DNA of 41,308 nt, from NCBI GenBank assembly GCA_964634175.1, contig CAZWIL010000003.1, positions 1 through 41,308 of the forward strand, in the 5' to 3' direction. Positions 1-8,846 of this stretch are shown one piece after another. Each line of letters begins with the position of its first letter. Within the stretch, counting starts at the first letter, position 1. Both the position numbers and the translations under genes were made by a program. Origin of the DNA: an uncultured Vicinamibacteraceae bacterium (lineage in GTDB: Bacteria > Acidobacteriota > Vicinamibacteria > Vicinamibacterales > UBA8438). The notes beneath the pieces are model-generated. The model was not told the DNA's origin, searched no databases, and saw only the letters and a program-made list of their open reading frames with translations.

Positions 1-94
1 CTAAATATGGATCACGTTTGTGGCTACCGTCGTGGCGAACTTCTTCACCAAGCAGGCAGGTAGAAATCCCGATTCGGACGACTAAATCTCCCAT
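1..94 (-). CDS. DUF523 (YbbK/TudS-like) family protein, N-terminal fragment running off the window edge
   Basis: Not in the ORF track because it is too short. The reverse complement of 1-94 reads ATG (94-92) then MGDLVVRIGISTCLLGEEVRHDGSHKRDPYL, with no stop before the edge. The S-x-C-L-L-G-E-x-V-R-x-D-G-x-H-K string matches the conserved N-terminus of DUF523 proteins as I remember it. The ATG lies 2 nt after the TAG (99-97) of the upstream DUF1365 gene. Confidence 0.55.
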   Translation of the reverse strand, partial: MGDLVVRIGISTCLLGEEVRHDGSHKRDPYL

Positions 95-96
95 GG

Positions 97-951
97 CTAC
101 CTAACTCGTCCGTTCATTGCCGACCGTACCGGCGCACGGTCGGCTCCCTCTCTCTGAACGTTGTCTAAAACGTCAAGAAGCGCCTGCTGACGTGAGTGTG
201 CGGGGCTCGGACCTGGGTGTGACACAACGGGCACGCCTTTCAAATATAGACGCAGTGCCTCAGCGTGAATAGCGCTAATTGTCTTGATGGTTACCAGTGG
301 ATAACGCATCAGGAGTCCCGTAACAACCCGGTTCGTCATCGGTAAGCGGTTACCCCAAAGGCTCACACTAAGAACCTGTTGTTCTCGCTCATGCTGTACG
401 ATACCAACAGAAAGCCGCTCACCTAGCGGCGCAAAAGTAAAATCATAGCTGCAAGCCATTGTGATGAAGGGCGAGACGTGCATCTCTTTTGCCGCTCTGA
501 AACGGGCAACACCGTCCATCGCTTTACCGCTCTGACTAAGCAGATAGAGATGTCTCTCACCAAACGTGTTGTGTACCTCCGCTACAACCGCAACCAGACT
601 ACCAGCAGAGTTCCAGCAATAGAAAAGACTTATGGGATTGAAGACATAGCCCAAAGTTCGGCACTGTGTTAGCAACCCAACCCTCCCCCCGGTCAGATCA
701 ATCCCATAGTGGCCTAGTAGGCGGAGCAACTTATCGCGAGTCGATCCAGCCCGACCGTCGATGTGATCTCGGTCGAAGAAACTCCAGAGATTCCATCGGT
801 TGACCGAAAACGGCCAGACGGTCCGTCTAATCGTCTCTAACTCGTCGAGGTCGAGATAGGCCATGCAAATGCGGTATCGGAAATCGTGCACTCTAGGCGA
901 ACTGCGCCGGTGCGTGATGTACCCGGTATAGACACAGGACCTCACTTCCAC
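97..951 (-). CDS. DUF1365 family protein (UfaO-like candidate)
   Basis: 284 aa. Family hallmarks are HRRxxPxxHxFxY, LDLDEL, a GYxFNPISLFYC block and EVHNTFGERHLY. It overlaps the upstream FAD gene by 10 nt. Confidence 0.85.
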   Translation of the reverse strand: MEVRSCVYTGYITHRRSSPRVHDFRYRICMAYLDLDELETIRRTVWPFSVNRWNLWSFFDRDHIDGRAGSTRDKLLRLLGHYGIDLTGGRVGLLTQCRTLGYVFNPISLFYCWNSAGSLVAVVAEVHNTFGERHLYLLSQSGKAMDGVARFRAAKEMHVSPFITMACSYDFTFAPLGERLSVGIVQHEREQQVLSVSLWGNRLPMTNRVVTGLLMRYPLVTIKTISAIHAEALRLYLKGVPVVSHPGPSPAHSRQQALLDVLDNVQREGADRAPVRSAMNGRVR

Positions 952-2222
952 TCCTCACATTGTTCGAGTGCAGTTTGTACCGCTAATCCTGAAACGACGC
1001 CATCTTCATGAAATCCATTCCCCAGATGTGCGCCACAGTAAAACGTATGATTTCGACCGCTGATTCGTTTAATTTCTGAACGAGCTTCAAGGCCATTTAC
1101 GGTGTACACCGGATGCTCGTAGGGAATACGAGCCAACACACGTGATCGGTCAATGCGACATTCGTCGTTTAAGGTGACACAATACGGCGTGTTCGTAGTA
1201 AGACTCTGAAGTTGATTCAAATAATACGTCATTCGGAGTGGAGCTCCCGAGCTACGACAGTCGGGAATATGATAATTCCATGACGCCCATGCCCGCCGAG
1301 AACGGGGCAGAACCGAGGCGTCGGTATGCAAAACAGCTAAATTCTTGGAATACGGAATGGCACCAAGTGCATGAGTTTCCGCGGCACTTGGTTCCTCAAG
1401 AAGTGACAGTGCCTGATTGGCGTGAGTCGCAAGGACGACCTTATCGTACTCTTCCCAACCACCCCGGACGGTGTGAAGCTCAACACCATCAGACCGGCGT
1501 CTGATTCTGTCAACTGCGGCACCCAAACGAATACAGTCTCGAAACGAATGAACCAGTGATTCAACGTAACGCTGACTACCTCCTACCACCGTGCGCCAGG
1601 GTGGGTGAGAATTAACTTGGAGTAGTCCGTGATTGTCAAAAAACTTCAGAAATAACGGCAAAGGAAACCTATCAACATCCTCGGTCGTTGACGACCAAAT
1701 CGCACTGGTCATAGGAGCGAGGTAATGCCGATAAAATTCACTCCCGAAACGGCCCGACTCGGCTACGTCAGCCAAGGTCATACCGTGTGAAACATCACCG
1801 CCGGCCAATTGTTTCCGGGCCCAGCGATTGAAACGGAGAACATCAGCTGCCATCAGGTACATGCTTGGTTTGAAAATCTGCCCCGCGTGGGCAAAAAGAC
1901 CAGCAACGCCACGGCTACTGTATTCCAACCGACACTGCTGGCAACTGACACCGAATGACATGTTGCTCATCTGGGAGCGAATACCAAGCTCCTGCAACAG
2001 TTCTGTGAACCGAGGGTAAGTCGCCTCGTTAAAAACGATGAAGCCAGTGTCAAGTGTCAACTCACGGTCTTGGTCTGTTACCGTCACCGTGTGTGCATGA
2101 CCACCCAGACGCAAATCAGCCTCGTATAAGGTAATTTGCTGGCCTGAGGCGTGAAGCTTGTGCGCCGCAACCAAACCGGCCACACCACTTCCCACGATCG
2201 CTATACGGCGTCGCATATTCAA
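942..2222 (-). CDS. FAD/NAD(P)-binding amine-oxidase / phytoene-desaturase-like oxidoreductase (UfaD-like candidate)
   Basis: 426 aa. The N-terminal dinucleotide fold reads IAIVGSGVAGLVAA...YEA..RLGGH. This is the usual partner of DUF1365 and cfa genes. Confidence 0.88.
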   Translation of the reverse strand: MNMRRRIAIVGSGVAGLVAAHKLHASGQQITLYEADLRLGGHAHTVTVTDQDRELTLDTGFIVFNEATYPRFTELLQELGIRSQMSNMSFGVSCQQCRLEYSSRGVAGLFAHAGQIFKPSMYLMAADVLRFNRWARKQLAGGDVSHGMTLADVAESGRFGSEFYRHYLAPMTSAIWSSTTEDVDRFPLPLFLKFFDNHGLLQVNSHPPWRTVVGGSQRYVESLVHSFRDCIRLGAAVDRIRRRSDGVELHTVRGGWEEYDKVVLATHANQALSLLEEPSAAETHALGAIPYSKNLAVLHTDASVLPRSRRAWASWNYHIPDCRSSGAPLRMTYYLNQLQSLTTNTPYCVTLNDECRIDRSRVLARIPYEHPVYTVNGLEARSEIKRISGRNHTFYCGAHLGNGFHEDGVVSGLAVQTALEQCEEWK

Positions 2223-2468
2223 TTATGAGCGTACTTTCTCCAGACTGATCACCCGTGCCACACTCGAGCCATCCAGTTTTATCCTGCATTAAATTTTTCG
2301 CGATGAGATTTCTCTAAAATGAATCGCAATCCAAAGGGCTCCTCCAGTTGGCTAATATTCGTGTACGTTGGAAGAGTTGCCCTCTGTCCTGTTTCTTAAT
2401 ATGTCATAACGATAGTTATACACATTGGGGTGATTTAATAAGTGCGCTCCCCTAGCATGAGACATTAA

Positions 2469-3734
2469 ATGAACGAATCTGTACTGCACCCTGTCCGGCT
2501 GACCTCCTCTCTAGACCGAGGGTTAAGACTGGTCTTCGAGCACAAATTGAACCAATTTACGGATGGCCGACTCGAAGTCCGAGAAGGGCACTGGCGTAAG
2601 AACTTTGGTTGTTCGGATCAGCCTTCGCTAACCGCTCGATTGGAAATACACGACCCCAGGACTTACCGAGCGGTGTTGTTCAGCGGGAGCATCGGTGCCG
2701 CTGAAGCATACGCTCAAGGATGGTGGTCATCCGACGACTTGACCACCCTTGTGCGTATCATGGCTCGCAACCGGACCGCATCCGAAAGTCTGGACGGATC
2801 CCTGACGCGCCTGACCGCTGTGGCTCATAGAGCTATTCATCGATTACGCTCCAACCAAAAGAGACAGAGTCGTCGAAATATTGCGGCTCATTATGACTTA
2901 GGAAACGACTTCTTCTCTTTGTTCCTCGACGCCAGCATGACCTACTCGTGTGCCGTCTTTCCAGACAGTAGTAGTAGTCTGGAGGAAGCCTCCACAAACA
3001 AACTTGAATTAATTTGCCGTAAACTGAAATTGTCACCCTCGGATGACCTCCTTGAAATAGGAACCGGCTGGGGAAGCTTCGCCATTCACGCCGCTAAACA
3101 CTACGGCTGTCGTGTCACGACCACGACTATTTCCCGTGAGCAATACAATCATGCGACAGCCGCAATCGAGCGTGCCGGCCTCAGTAGCCAAATAAACGTT
3201 TTAAACATCGACTATCGGGATTTACCAAGGGTTCTCAACCAACAGTTCGACAAACTTGTCTCGATTGAGATGATCGAAGCAGTCGGGCAACAGTTTTTAA
3301 ATCAGTATTTCGAAACGTGTGAGCGCTTAGTAAAGCCGGGTGGTCTCATGTTACTACAATCAATCGTAATCGCTGACGAGTTGTATTCCAGTTATCGACG
3401 GTCGGTTGATTTCATCCAGAGATACATTTTTCCTGGTGGATTCCTTCCGTCAGTTGGCGACATCCGGCAGCGGCTGAAAGACGTCACCGCGTTTCAGGTT
3501 ACCGATTTTCACGATATTACCGACCACTATCCGCGAACACTCCAACTTTGGCAGAGTCGTTTCCGATCGAACTGGCGACAACTGGAATCCTGTGGCTACT
3601 CAACCCGTTTGCTCCGACTGTGGGACTATTACTTCTCGTACTGCGAGGGAGGTTTCCTTGAGCGAACTATCGGGGATGTCCAACTTGTTTTAACAAAACC
3701 CGGAGACTATGAGCGTCGCAATTACAACAGCTGA
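2469..3734 (+). CDS. cfa: Cyclopropane-fatty-acyl-phospholipid synthase family SAM-dependent methyltransferase
   Basis: 421 aa. SAM motif I is LLEIGTGWGSFA. CFA-synthase-like strings are HYDLGNDFF, YSCAVF, IFPGG.LPS and YCEGGF. Confidence 0.88.
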   Translation: MNESVLHPVRLTSSLDRGLRLVFEHKLNQFTDGRLEVREGHWRKNFGCSDQPSLTARLEIHDPRTYRAVLFSGSIGAAEAYAQGWWSSDDLTTLVRIMARNRTASESLDGSLTRLTAVAHRAIHRLRSNQKRQSRRNIAAHYDLGNDFFSLFLDASMTYSCAVFPDSSSSLEEASTNKLELICRKLKLSPSDDLLEIGTGWGSFAIHAAKHYGCRVTTTTISREQYNHATAAIERAGLSSQINVLNIDYRDLPRVLNQQFDKLVSIEMIEAVGQQFLNQYFETCERLVKPGGLMLLQSIVIADELYSSYRRSVDFIQRYIFPGGFLPSVGDIRQRLKDVTAFQVTDFHDITDHYPRTLQLWQSRFRSNWRQLESCGYSTRLLRLWDYYFSYCEGGFLERTIGDVQLVLTKPGDYERRNYNS

Positions 3735-4749
3735 ACGAGGATGGATCCCAGACTTTTTAGTTCGAGTTGGAATCCGTGCGCTTCTGCGGAACCGTCTAGC
3801 GGCAGAACGTACCAAGTGTCAGGGTGACATCGCGACCGCTGTCGAGCGACACCTTGCGACAATGCGAGCCAGTCCGATCGCAGTCTCGACTCTATCTGCT
3901 AACACCCAACACTATGAAGTTCCCACGGACTTTTTCAAGCTGGTCTTAGGTCCCCATCTCAAATACAGCTGCAGTTGTTGGTTTGATGAGGAACAATCCT
4001 TAGCCCAGGCGGAAACTGAAACACTGGAAATGACCGCATCGCGGGCGGACATACACGCGGGCATGCGGGTGCTCGACCTTGGGTGCGGCTGGGGATCACT
4101 GTCGCTCTGGATTGCCGAGCGTTATCCCACTGTGAAAATCACTGCAGTATCGAACTCTGAAGAGCAGCGCCGCTACATCGAAACCCAGCGAGAGTTACGG
4201 ACCCTGGTCAACCTAGAGGTCTCCACCGCCGACATGAATCACTTCGCTCCAGATGGAACTTTCGATCGTATTGTGTCTATTGAAATGTTCGAACATATGC
4301 GTAACTACGAACACTTGATCTCCAAAATCACTTCGTGGCTTCGACCGAACGGTGCTCTGTTTGTACATTTATTTTGCCACCAGCAGTTGTGCTACTTTTT
4401 CCAAGTTGAGGATAAGGCCGACTGGATGGCTCGCCACTTCTTCACTGGTGGCATGATGCCATCCGAGAATCTTTTGCCCCAGTGTCGGGGAGCACTGACA
4501 CTGGAACACCAGTGGCGTGTCAGCGGACGTGAGTACCAGCGAACTGCACGAGCTTGGTTAGCGAACCTTGACGAACACCGGAGGGAAGTCGAACAGGTGT
4601 TCGCCGCTGCCGGTTCCCAGAACGTTCGTATCGACGTAGAGCGCTGGCGTCTCTTTTTTCTCGCGTGCGCCGAATTATTTGGTTACGCCGCTGGCAACGA
4701 ATGGTTTGTGGCGCACTATCGTTTTCGACTCGGCGACGTGTCACAGTGA
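3709..4749 (+). CDS. Second CFA-synthase/mycolate-methyltransferase-like SAM-dependent methyltransferase
   Basis: 346 aa. It contains HYEVPTDFF, YSCSCW, motif I VLDLGCGWGSLSL and SIEMFEHM. It overlaps the preceding methyltransferase gene by 26 nt. Confidence 0.85.
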   Translation: MSVAITTAERGWIPDFLVRVGIRALLRNRLAAERTKCQGDIATAVERHLATMRASPIAVSTLSANTQHYEVPTDFFKLVLGPHLKYSCSCWFDEEQSLAQAETETLEMTASRADIHAGMRVLDLGCGWGSLSLWIAERYPTVKITAVSNSEEQRRYIETQRELRTLVNLEVSTADMNHFAPDGTFDRIVSIEMFEHMRNYEHLISKITSWLRPNGALFVHLFCHQQLCYFFQVEDKADWMARHFFTGGMMPSENLLPQCRGALTLEHQWRVSGREYQRTARAWLANLDEHRREVEQVFAAAGSQNVRIDVERWRLFFLACAELFGYAAGNEWFVAHYRFRLGDVSQ

Positions 4750-4791
4750 CAATGCATCGTGCTACGTCGAACATCTAAGGAGCCAAGGATC

Positions 4792-5130
4792 ATGATCGTC
4801 GCACTACGATGGCTGTTCGGCAGTATTCTGATCGCGATGCTTGCGGTAACGATTTCAGCGAGTCTTGATCGCAGTCTCACTGTCGCCGCATCTGAACTCT
4901 GGCCCGATCTTTGGTTTCGGGCAACTCTCGCAGATGCCTATTTCGGGTTTTTAACCATCTGGATTTGGATGGCCTACAAGGAGACCAATCTGGGCACCAG
5001 ATTGCTCTGGTTCTGTTTAGTCATGGCGCTCGGAAATATCGCCATTGCAGCATACCTCCTGCGATTACTGTTTCAGGCTGCGCCTAACGACCCAATCGAC
5101 CGAATCGTGCTGCGGGCCTCAAGACCATGA
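4792..5130 (+). CDS. Small integral membrane protein (DUF1475-like)
   Basis: The track ORF starts at a GTG at 4759. The ATG at 4792 is preceded by AAGGAG and gives MIVALRWLFGSILIAML. The product has three to four hydrophobic helices. Its stop overlaps the next gene start (ATGA at 5127-5130). Confidence 0.6.
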   Translation: MIVALRWLFGSILIAMLAVTISASLDRSLTVAASELWPDLWFRATLADAYFGFLTIWIWMAYKETNLGTRLLWFCLVMALGNIAIAAYLLRLLFQAAPNDPIDRIVLRASRP

Positions 5131-5900
5131 TCGCCAGCGCTTGGATGGCACTGGCTACTTTGCTGGTGCTAATGACGATCGTGTGGGTAGTTAGTCTTCG
5201 ACTGCGCGACGTCAGCATCGTCGACATCGCCTGGGGGCCGGCGATCGCCTTGACTACTTGGGTATATCTGCTGAACGCGGTCACCACCACGGACCGTCAG
5301 TTCGTAGTTATTGGCCTGATTCATCTCTGGGCAATCCGTTTGGTCACTCACTTGGCACGGCGGAACTGGGGTCAGCCTGAGGACAAGCGTTATCAAAACA
5401 TGCGGAAAACGCGTGGGCCAAGTTTTCGCTGGACCAGTCTCATAATCGTGTTCTGGCTACAGGCCGGAGTTGCGTGGCTTCTATCGCTGCCGCTGTTAGT
5501 TTCGATCCAGGCCAGCCCAACAACCCCGCTTAACTGGTTGGATGTTCTGGGTCTCACACTATTCAGCATCGGCCTTATTTTCGAAACCGTAGCCGACTGG
5601 CAATTAGTCCGCTTCAAGGCCAAGCCGCTTAATGCCGGGTGTGTCTGCGACCGGGGTCTCTGGCGCTATACACGCCATCCGAACTATTTCGGTGAGGCGT
5701 TGCTATGGTGGGGAGTATGGTGTTTCGCGGCCATGTCTACTGGCGCGCTCTGGACAATTGTTAGTCCCATCCTGCTCACCACGCTGCTCCTCAAAGTGTC
5801 TGGCGTACGCCTACTCGAGCAAACGTTAACCGACACGAAACCCGCGTACTCGGATTACATCGCTCGCACATCCGCGTTCCTGCCGTGGTTTCCAAAATGA
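5127..5900 (+). CDS. DUF1295 / steroid 5-alpha-reductase-ICMT-like membrane protein
   Basis: 257 aa and polytopic. It carries the conserved GLWRYTRHPNYFGE motif of this superfamily. Confidence 0.82.
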   Translation: MIASAWMALATLLVLMTIVWVVSLRLRDVSIVDIAWGPAIALTTWVYLLNAVTTTDRQFVVIGLIHLWAIRLVTHLARRNWGQPEDKRYQNMRKTRGPSFRWTSLIIVFWLQAGVAWLLSLPLLVSIQASPTTPLNWLDVLGLTLFSIGLIFETVADWQLVRFKAKPLNAGCVCDRGLWRYTRHPNYFGEALLWWGVWCFAAMSTGALWTIVSPILLTTLLLKVSGVRLLEQTLTDTKPAYSDYIARTSAFLPWFPK

Positions 5901-5998
5901 GTGCCGACTCGAACCAGTCCAGACACGAGTCACCTGTCCAAGTCTCTCGCCGGCCCGCTATCCACCAGAACACAGCACCTGCGAGCTATTTCTATCTC

Positions 5999-6499
5999 TC
6001 ATCGACGCACTTCGATAGGCCCGAACAATTCAGCGATACGCGCGCGTCTGAAGTCGAAGATTCGCCGCACATCTCGTTGCACCCAACCAAGCAGTGGCGT
6101 TTCGCTCAGTCGACGACAGTAGAGATCAAATGTGACGACATCATGCAGTTCCGTTCCTCCCAAGACCGGAATAAATTTGTGTCGATGGTGCCACGTTTTG
6201 AACGGTCCTATCTTCTGAACATCACTAAAATGATGCGGTGGGTTCCATTCCTGAATAACCGTTCGCCAAAAAACCGGCACGCGGTGCAACCGTAACCGAT
6301 AGTCCAATGTCGTCCCAATACTTAAAGGTTGGGCTGAGACTGCCAAGACTCGGAAGTTTAGAAAGGAAGGAGTAATCCGCTCAAGATTGTAGGCGTCGGC
6401 AAAAAAAGAAAATATCTCCCTCGGCGTCCGAGACACCCGCTGGACACACGAAAGCTTCCACCCGGCGTTACCCTGTTTCTCGATAATTACTTGGGACAT
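5999..6499 (-). CDS. SRPBCC (START/polyketide-cyclase-like) ligand-binding protein
   Basis: 166 aa. It contains ITPSFLNFRVL and GPFKTWHHRHKF, which parallel the N-terminal domain of the 7253-8644 protein. Confidence 0.72.
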   Translation of the reverse strand: MSQVIIEKQGNAGWKLSCVQRVSRTPREIFSFFADAYNLERITPSFLNFRVLAVSAQPLSIGTTLDYRLRLHRVPVFWRTVIQEWNPPHHFSDVQKIGPFKTWHHRHKFIPVLGGTELHDVVTFDLYCRRLSETPLLGWVQRDVRRIFDFRRARIAELFGPIEVRR

Positions 6500-6541
6500 A
6501 AGGAATGGTCCAACCAGTTAGCTAATTCTCTGACACGCCTG

Positions 6542-6570
6542 TTGACTAATACCTATTTTTATCATAAATT
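6542..6570 (+). promoter_or_regulatory. Candidate sigma70-type promoter for the XRE-cupin regulator gene
   Basis: TTGACT (6542-6547), a 17-nt spacer, then TAAATT (6565-6570), in an AT-rich divergent intergenic region. Confidence 0.4.
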
Positions 6571-6623
6571 AAATATAGTTTCGTTTCAATTAAATCTCGT
6601 CGACCTTACAAACAACTTAAAAC

Positions 6624-6641
6624 ACTCGGGACGCTCCGAGT
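6624..6641 (+). promoter_or_regulatory. Near-perfect 18-bp palindrome (candidate operator or 5'-UTR hairpin) abutting the SD of the regulator gene
   Basis: ACTCGGGAC/GCTCCGAGT, with 8 of 9 positions symmetric. It sits immediately 5' of AGGAG (6642-6646) and the ATG at 6654. Confidence 0.35.
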
Positions 6642-6653
6642 AGGAGACCAAAC

Positions 6654-7250
6654 ATGGCTCTGACCACAACTCTGATCAATGAACTGGACCACTACGAGGT
6701 TGGTCCCAAGATTCGCGAGTTACGCGCCAAGAAAAAGATACGGCTGGTAGAACTCGGCCGGCACACAGGACTGTCTGCCGCACTCCTTTCAAAAATTGAG
6801 CGGGGCAAGATGTATCCCACATTACCGACGCTTTGGAGAATTGCCGACGTCTTCAGCGTGGGGTTGGAATATTTCTTTAAGCCAGAAGAGTCTCCCGTAA
6901 CGATCGTCCGTCAGAAGGACCGGTTGAAACTTACTGAAAAAACTGACAAAGGAAAAGCGTCTTATCACTTCGAATCACTTGATTTTCCTGTCAAGAAGCG
7001 GCGCATTAACGCCTATCTCGCTGAATTCGCATCACTGCCGTTAGACGACGTCAAGCTGCACAAACATGATGGCATTGAATTTATCCACGTAATGGAAGGC
7101 AAGCTTGGTCTTTACGTTCGGAATGGAGAACAAAAATTAGGATCTGGCGACTCTGCCTACCTGGTTTCTTCTGTTCCTCACGGTTACCGCAGGATTGGCC
7201 GTGCGCCGTGTCGGGCCGTGGTCGTCAGTGTTCCTTCCGCTGGATCCTAG
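6654..7250 (+). CDS. XRE-family HTH plus C-terminal cupin domain transcriptional regulator
   Basis: 198 aa. The HTH reads IRELRAKKKIRLVELGRHTGLSAALLSKIERG. The C-terminal cupin-like region reads HKHDGIEFIHVMEG...GDSAY...PHGY. A strong SD (AGGAG) precedes it. Confidence 0.85.
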   Translation: MALTTTLINELDHYEVGPKIRELRAKKKIRLVELGRHTGLSAALLSKIERGKMYPTLPTLWRIADVFSVGLEYFFKPEESPVTIVRQKDRLKLTEKTDKGKASYHFESLDFPVKKRRINAYLAEFASLPLDDVKLHKHDGIEFIHVMEGKLGLYVRNGEQKLGSGDSAYLVSSVPHGYRRIGRAPCRAVVVSVPSAGS

Positions 7251-7252
7251 GC

Positions 7253-8644
7253 ATGTTGACTTACCAGCGAGCCACCACGATTGCCGCGCCGCCCGATCGA
7301 GTGTTTGAGTGGCACAGCCGGCCGGCAGCGTTTGAACGCCTAAGCCCACCATGGCAACCGGCACACATTGAGGCACGGTCCGGCGTTGGTCTCGAGCCAG
7401 GTAGCACCGTCACTTTGCGAGTCAAAGTTGGACCATTCCGACTGCGATGGGTCGCCCAACACCGTGACCTAATTCCTGGCCAAATGTTTAGTGATCGCCA
7501 AATCAGGGGACCATTTGCATCCTGGGAACATCGCCACTGTTTTAATCGAACATCAGAGGAAACCACCGAGTTAGTGGACCAGGTCCAATACAAATTGCCA
7601 TTCGGCTGGGTCGGACAACTAGGAACGGGATACGCCCGTGGAGAGATTGAACGTCTCTTTGCCTATCGACATCGAGTGACAGCCTTGGATATCGGTTGGC
7701 ACCAAAGATACCAAGGCCAGAAAATGAAAGTCGCGATAACTGGTTCCACTGGCGTGATCGGCTCGGCGCTATGTCCATTTCTCGAAAGCGGTGGCCATAC
7801 CGTCGTGCCACTGCGACGAACGTCTGGAAAGTCCGATGACGCGCCAAGCTGGAATCCCACTTCCGGAATTTTCTCCGACGGCGCATTACAGGAAGTCGGT
7901 GCGGTTGTTCACCTTGCCGGAGAAAATATCGCAGCACGCAGATGGACCACAGCACAGAAGACCAAGATTCAAGATAGTCGCGTTGAAAGTACATCGCGCC
8001 TCTGTCAAGCACTGAGCCAACTCGCGAAGCCGCCGAAAACGCTTATCGTCGCATCCGCAATTGGTTTGTACGGCGACCGGGGAGACGAAAACCTGACAGA
8101 ATCATCGGCCCCTGGGACAGGCTTCTTGGCCGAACTCGGTCAAGCTTGGGAAGCAGCCTGCGAACCGGCTCAAGCGGCGGGCATCCGTGTGGTCCATCTA
8201 AGACTTGGGATTGTGATTACGCCGACTGGCGGTGCGCTCGGTCGGATGCTGACACCATTCCGGATGGGCCTTGGTGGTCCAATGGGCTCCGGTCGACAGT
8301 ATATGAGCTGGGTAACCCTCGACGATGTAGTAGCCAGCGTGCTACATGCGTTACAGACTAAGACTTTAACCGGACCAGTTAATGTCGTGGCTCCAACCGC
8401 CGTAACCAACGCCGAGTTTACAAAGACACTCGGGCATGTCTTGTCCCGTCCTACGGTGTTTACGATACCGTCCTTAGCCCTACGCCTTATGTTTGGAGAA
8501 ATGGCTGATGAACTCTTGTTGGCAAGCGCGCGCGTCAAACCAGAACGGCTTAAACAAACTGGTTTTGTGTTCGGACACCCGACCCTCGAGAGAGCATTAC
8601 GCCACGTTCTTGGTCGACATGAATTAAGCAACGTTACGCCGTAG
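7253..8644 (+). CDS. SRPBCC domain fused to a TIGR01777-type NAD-binding epimerase-like protein (SDR fold plus DUF1731 C-terminus)
   Basis: The track ORF starts at a GTG at 7208, inside the regulator gene. The ATG at 7253 lies 2 nt after the regulator stop and gives MLTYQRATTIAAP. The N-terminal SRPBCC domain carries GPFASWEHRHCF. A Rossmann motif follows (KVAITGSTGVIGSAL), and the C-terminus reads RLKQTGFVFGHPTLERAL. Confidence 0.85.
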   Translation: MLTYQRATTIAAPPDRVFEWHSRPAAFERLSPPWQPAHIEARSGVGLEPGSTVTLRVKVGPFRLRWVAQHRDLIPGQMFSDRQIRGPFASWEHRHCFNRTSEETTELVDQVQYKLPFGWVGQLGTGYARGEIERLFAYRHRVTALDIGWHQRYQGQKMKVAITGSTGVIGSALCPFLESGGHTVVPLRRTSGKSDDAPSWNPTSGIFSDGALQEVGAVVHLAGENIAARRWTTAQKTKIQDSRVESTSRLCQALSQLAKPPKTLIVASAIGLYGDRGDENLTESSAPGTGFLAELGQAWEAACEPAQAAGIRVVHLRLGIVITPTGGALGRMLTPFRMGLGGPMGSGRQYMSWVTLDDVVASVLHALQTKTLTGPVNVVAPTAVTNAEFTKTLGHVLSRPTVFTIPSLALRLMFGEMADELLLASARVKPERLKQTGFVFGHPTLERALRHVLGRHELSNVTP

Positions 8645-8709
8645 CTCCTTGCGTGACAATGCGCCTGTTGTCATTCACCAAATCGAGGTGCAGAACAAAT
8701 ACCGTAGAT

Positions 8710-8783
8710 TGGCTGGGACGCAGGGATTCGAACCCCGATTACACGGACCAGAACCGCGTGTCCTACCATTGAACGACGTCCCA
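8710..8783 (-). tRNA. tRNA-Gln (anticodon CUG), CCA encoded
   Basis: The reverse complement folds as a 74-nt cloverleaf: acceptor TGGGACG/CGTCCCA, D stem GTTC/GGAC, anticodon stem CGCGG/CCGTG with loop TTCTGGT (CTG), T arm CGGGG-TTCGAAT-CCCTG, then G73 and CCA. U1-A72 and G73 are typical of bacterial tRNA-Gln. Confidence 0.92.
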
Positions 8784-8846
8784 ATACGGTGTTTTAGTGA
8801 ATCTACAGCCAATTATAGGGGAAGAAACAAACCGCGGTAGCAGAAG

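Noticed and set aside
2223-2468. SigmaE/ECF-type or sigma70 promoter in the divergent cfa / FAD-oxidoreductase intergenic region
   Set aside because: It contains a TGATCA word and a short ATAAC-N4-GTTAT inverted repeat. I could not match a full -35/-10 pair for either sigma type with confidence, so no promoter is called.
5885-6295. 136-aa and 73-aa plus-strand ORFs downstream of the DUF1295 gene
   Set aside because: They overlap the minus-strand SRPBCC gene, which has clear family motifs. The plus-frame translations look non-protein-like.
7208-7252. GTG start at 7208, giving a 45-nt overlap with the regulator gene
   Set aside because: The ATG at 7253 lies directly after the regulator stop and begins the SRPBCC domain (MLTYQRATT…). 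The upstream extension (MSGRGRQCSFRWILG) looks like read-through of the alternative frame.
8649-8840. 63-aa plus-strand ORF in the gap after the SDR gene
   Set aside because: A well-folding tRNA-Gln on the opposite strand (8710-8783) fully explains it. There is no SD or family resemblance.
8645-8846. tRNA-Gln as a possible integration site for a genomic island
   Set aside because: I found no integrase, recombinase or phage gene on either side. I saw no duplicated copy of the tRNA 3' end in the window. The flanking genes are ordinary chromosomal genes.
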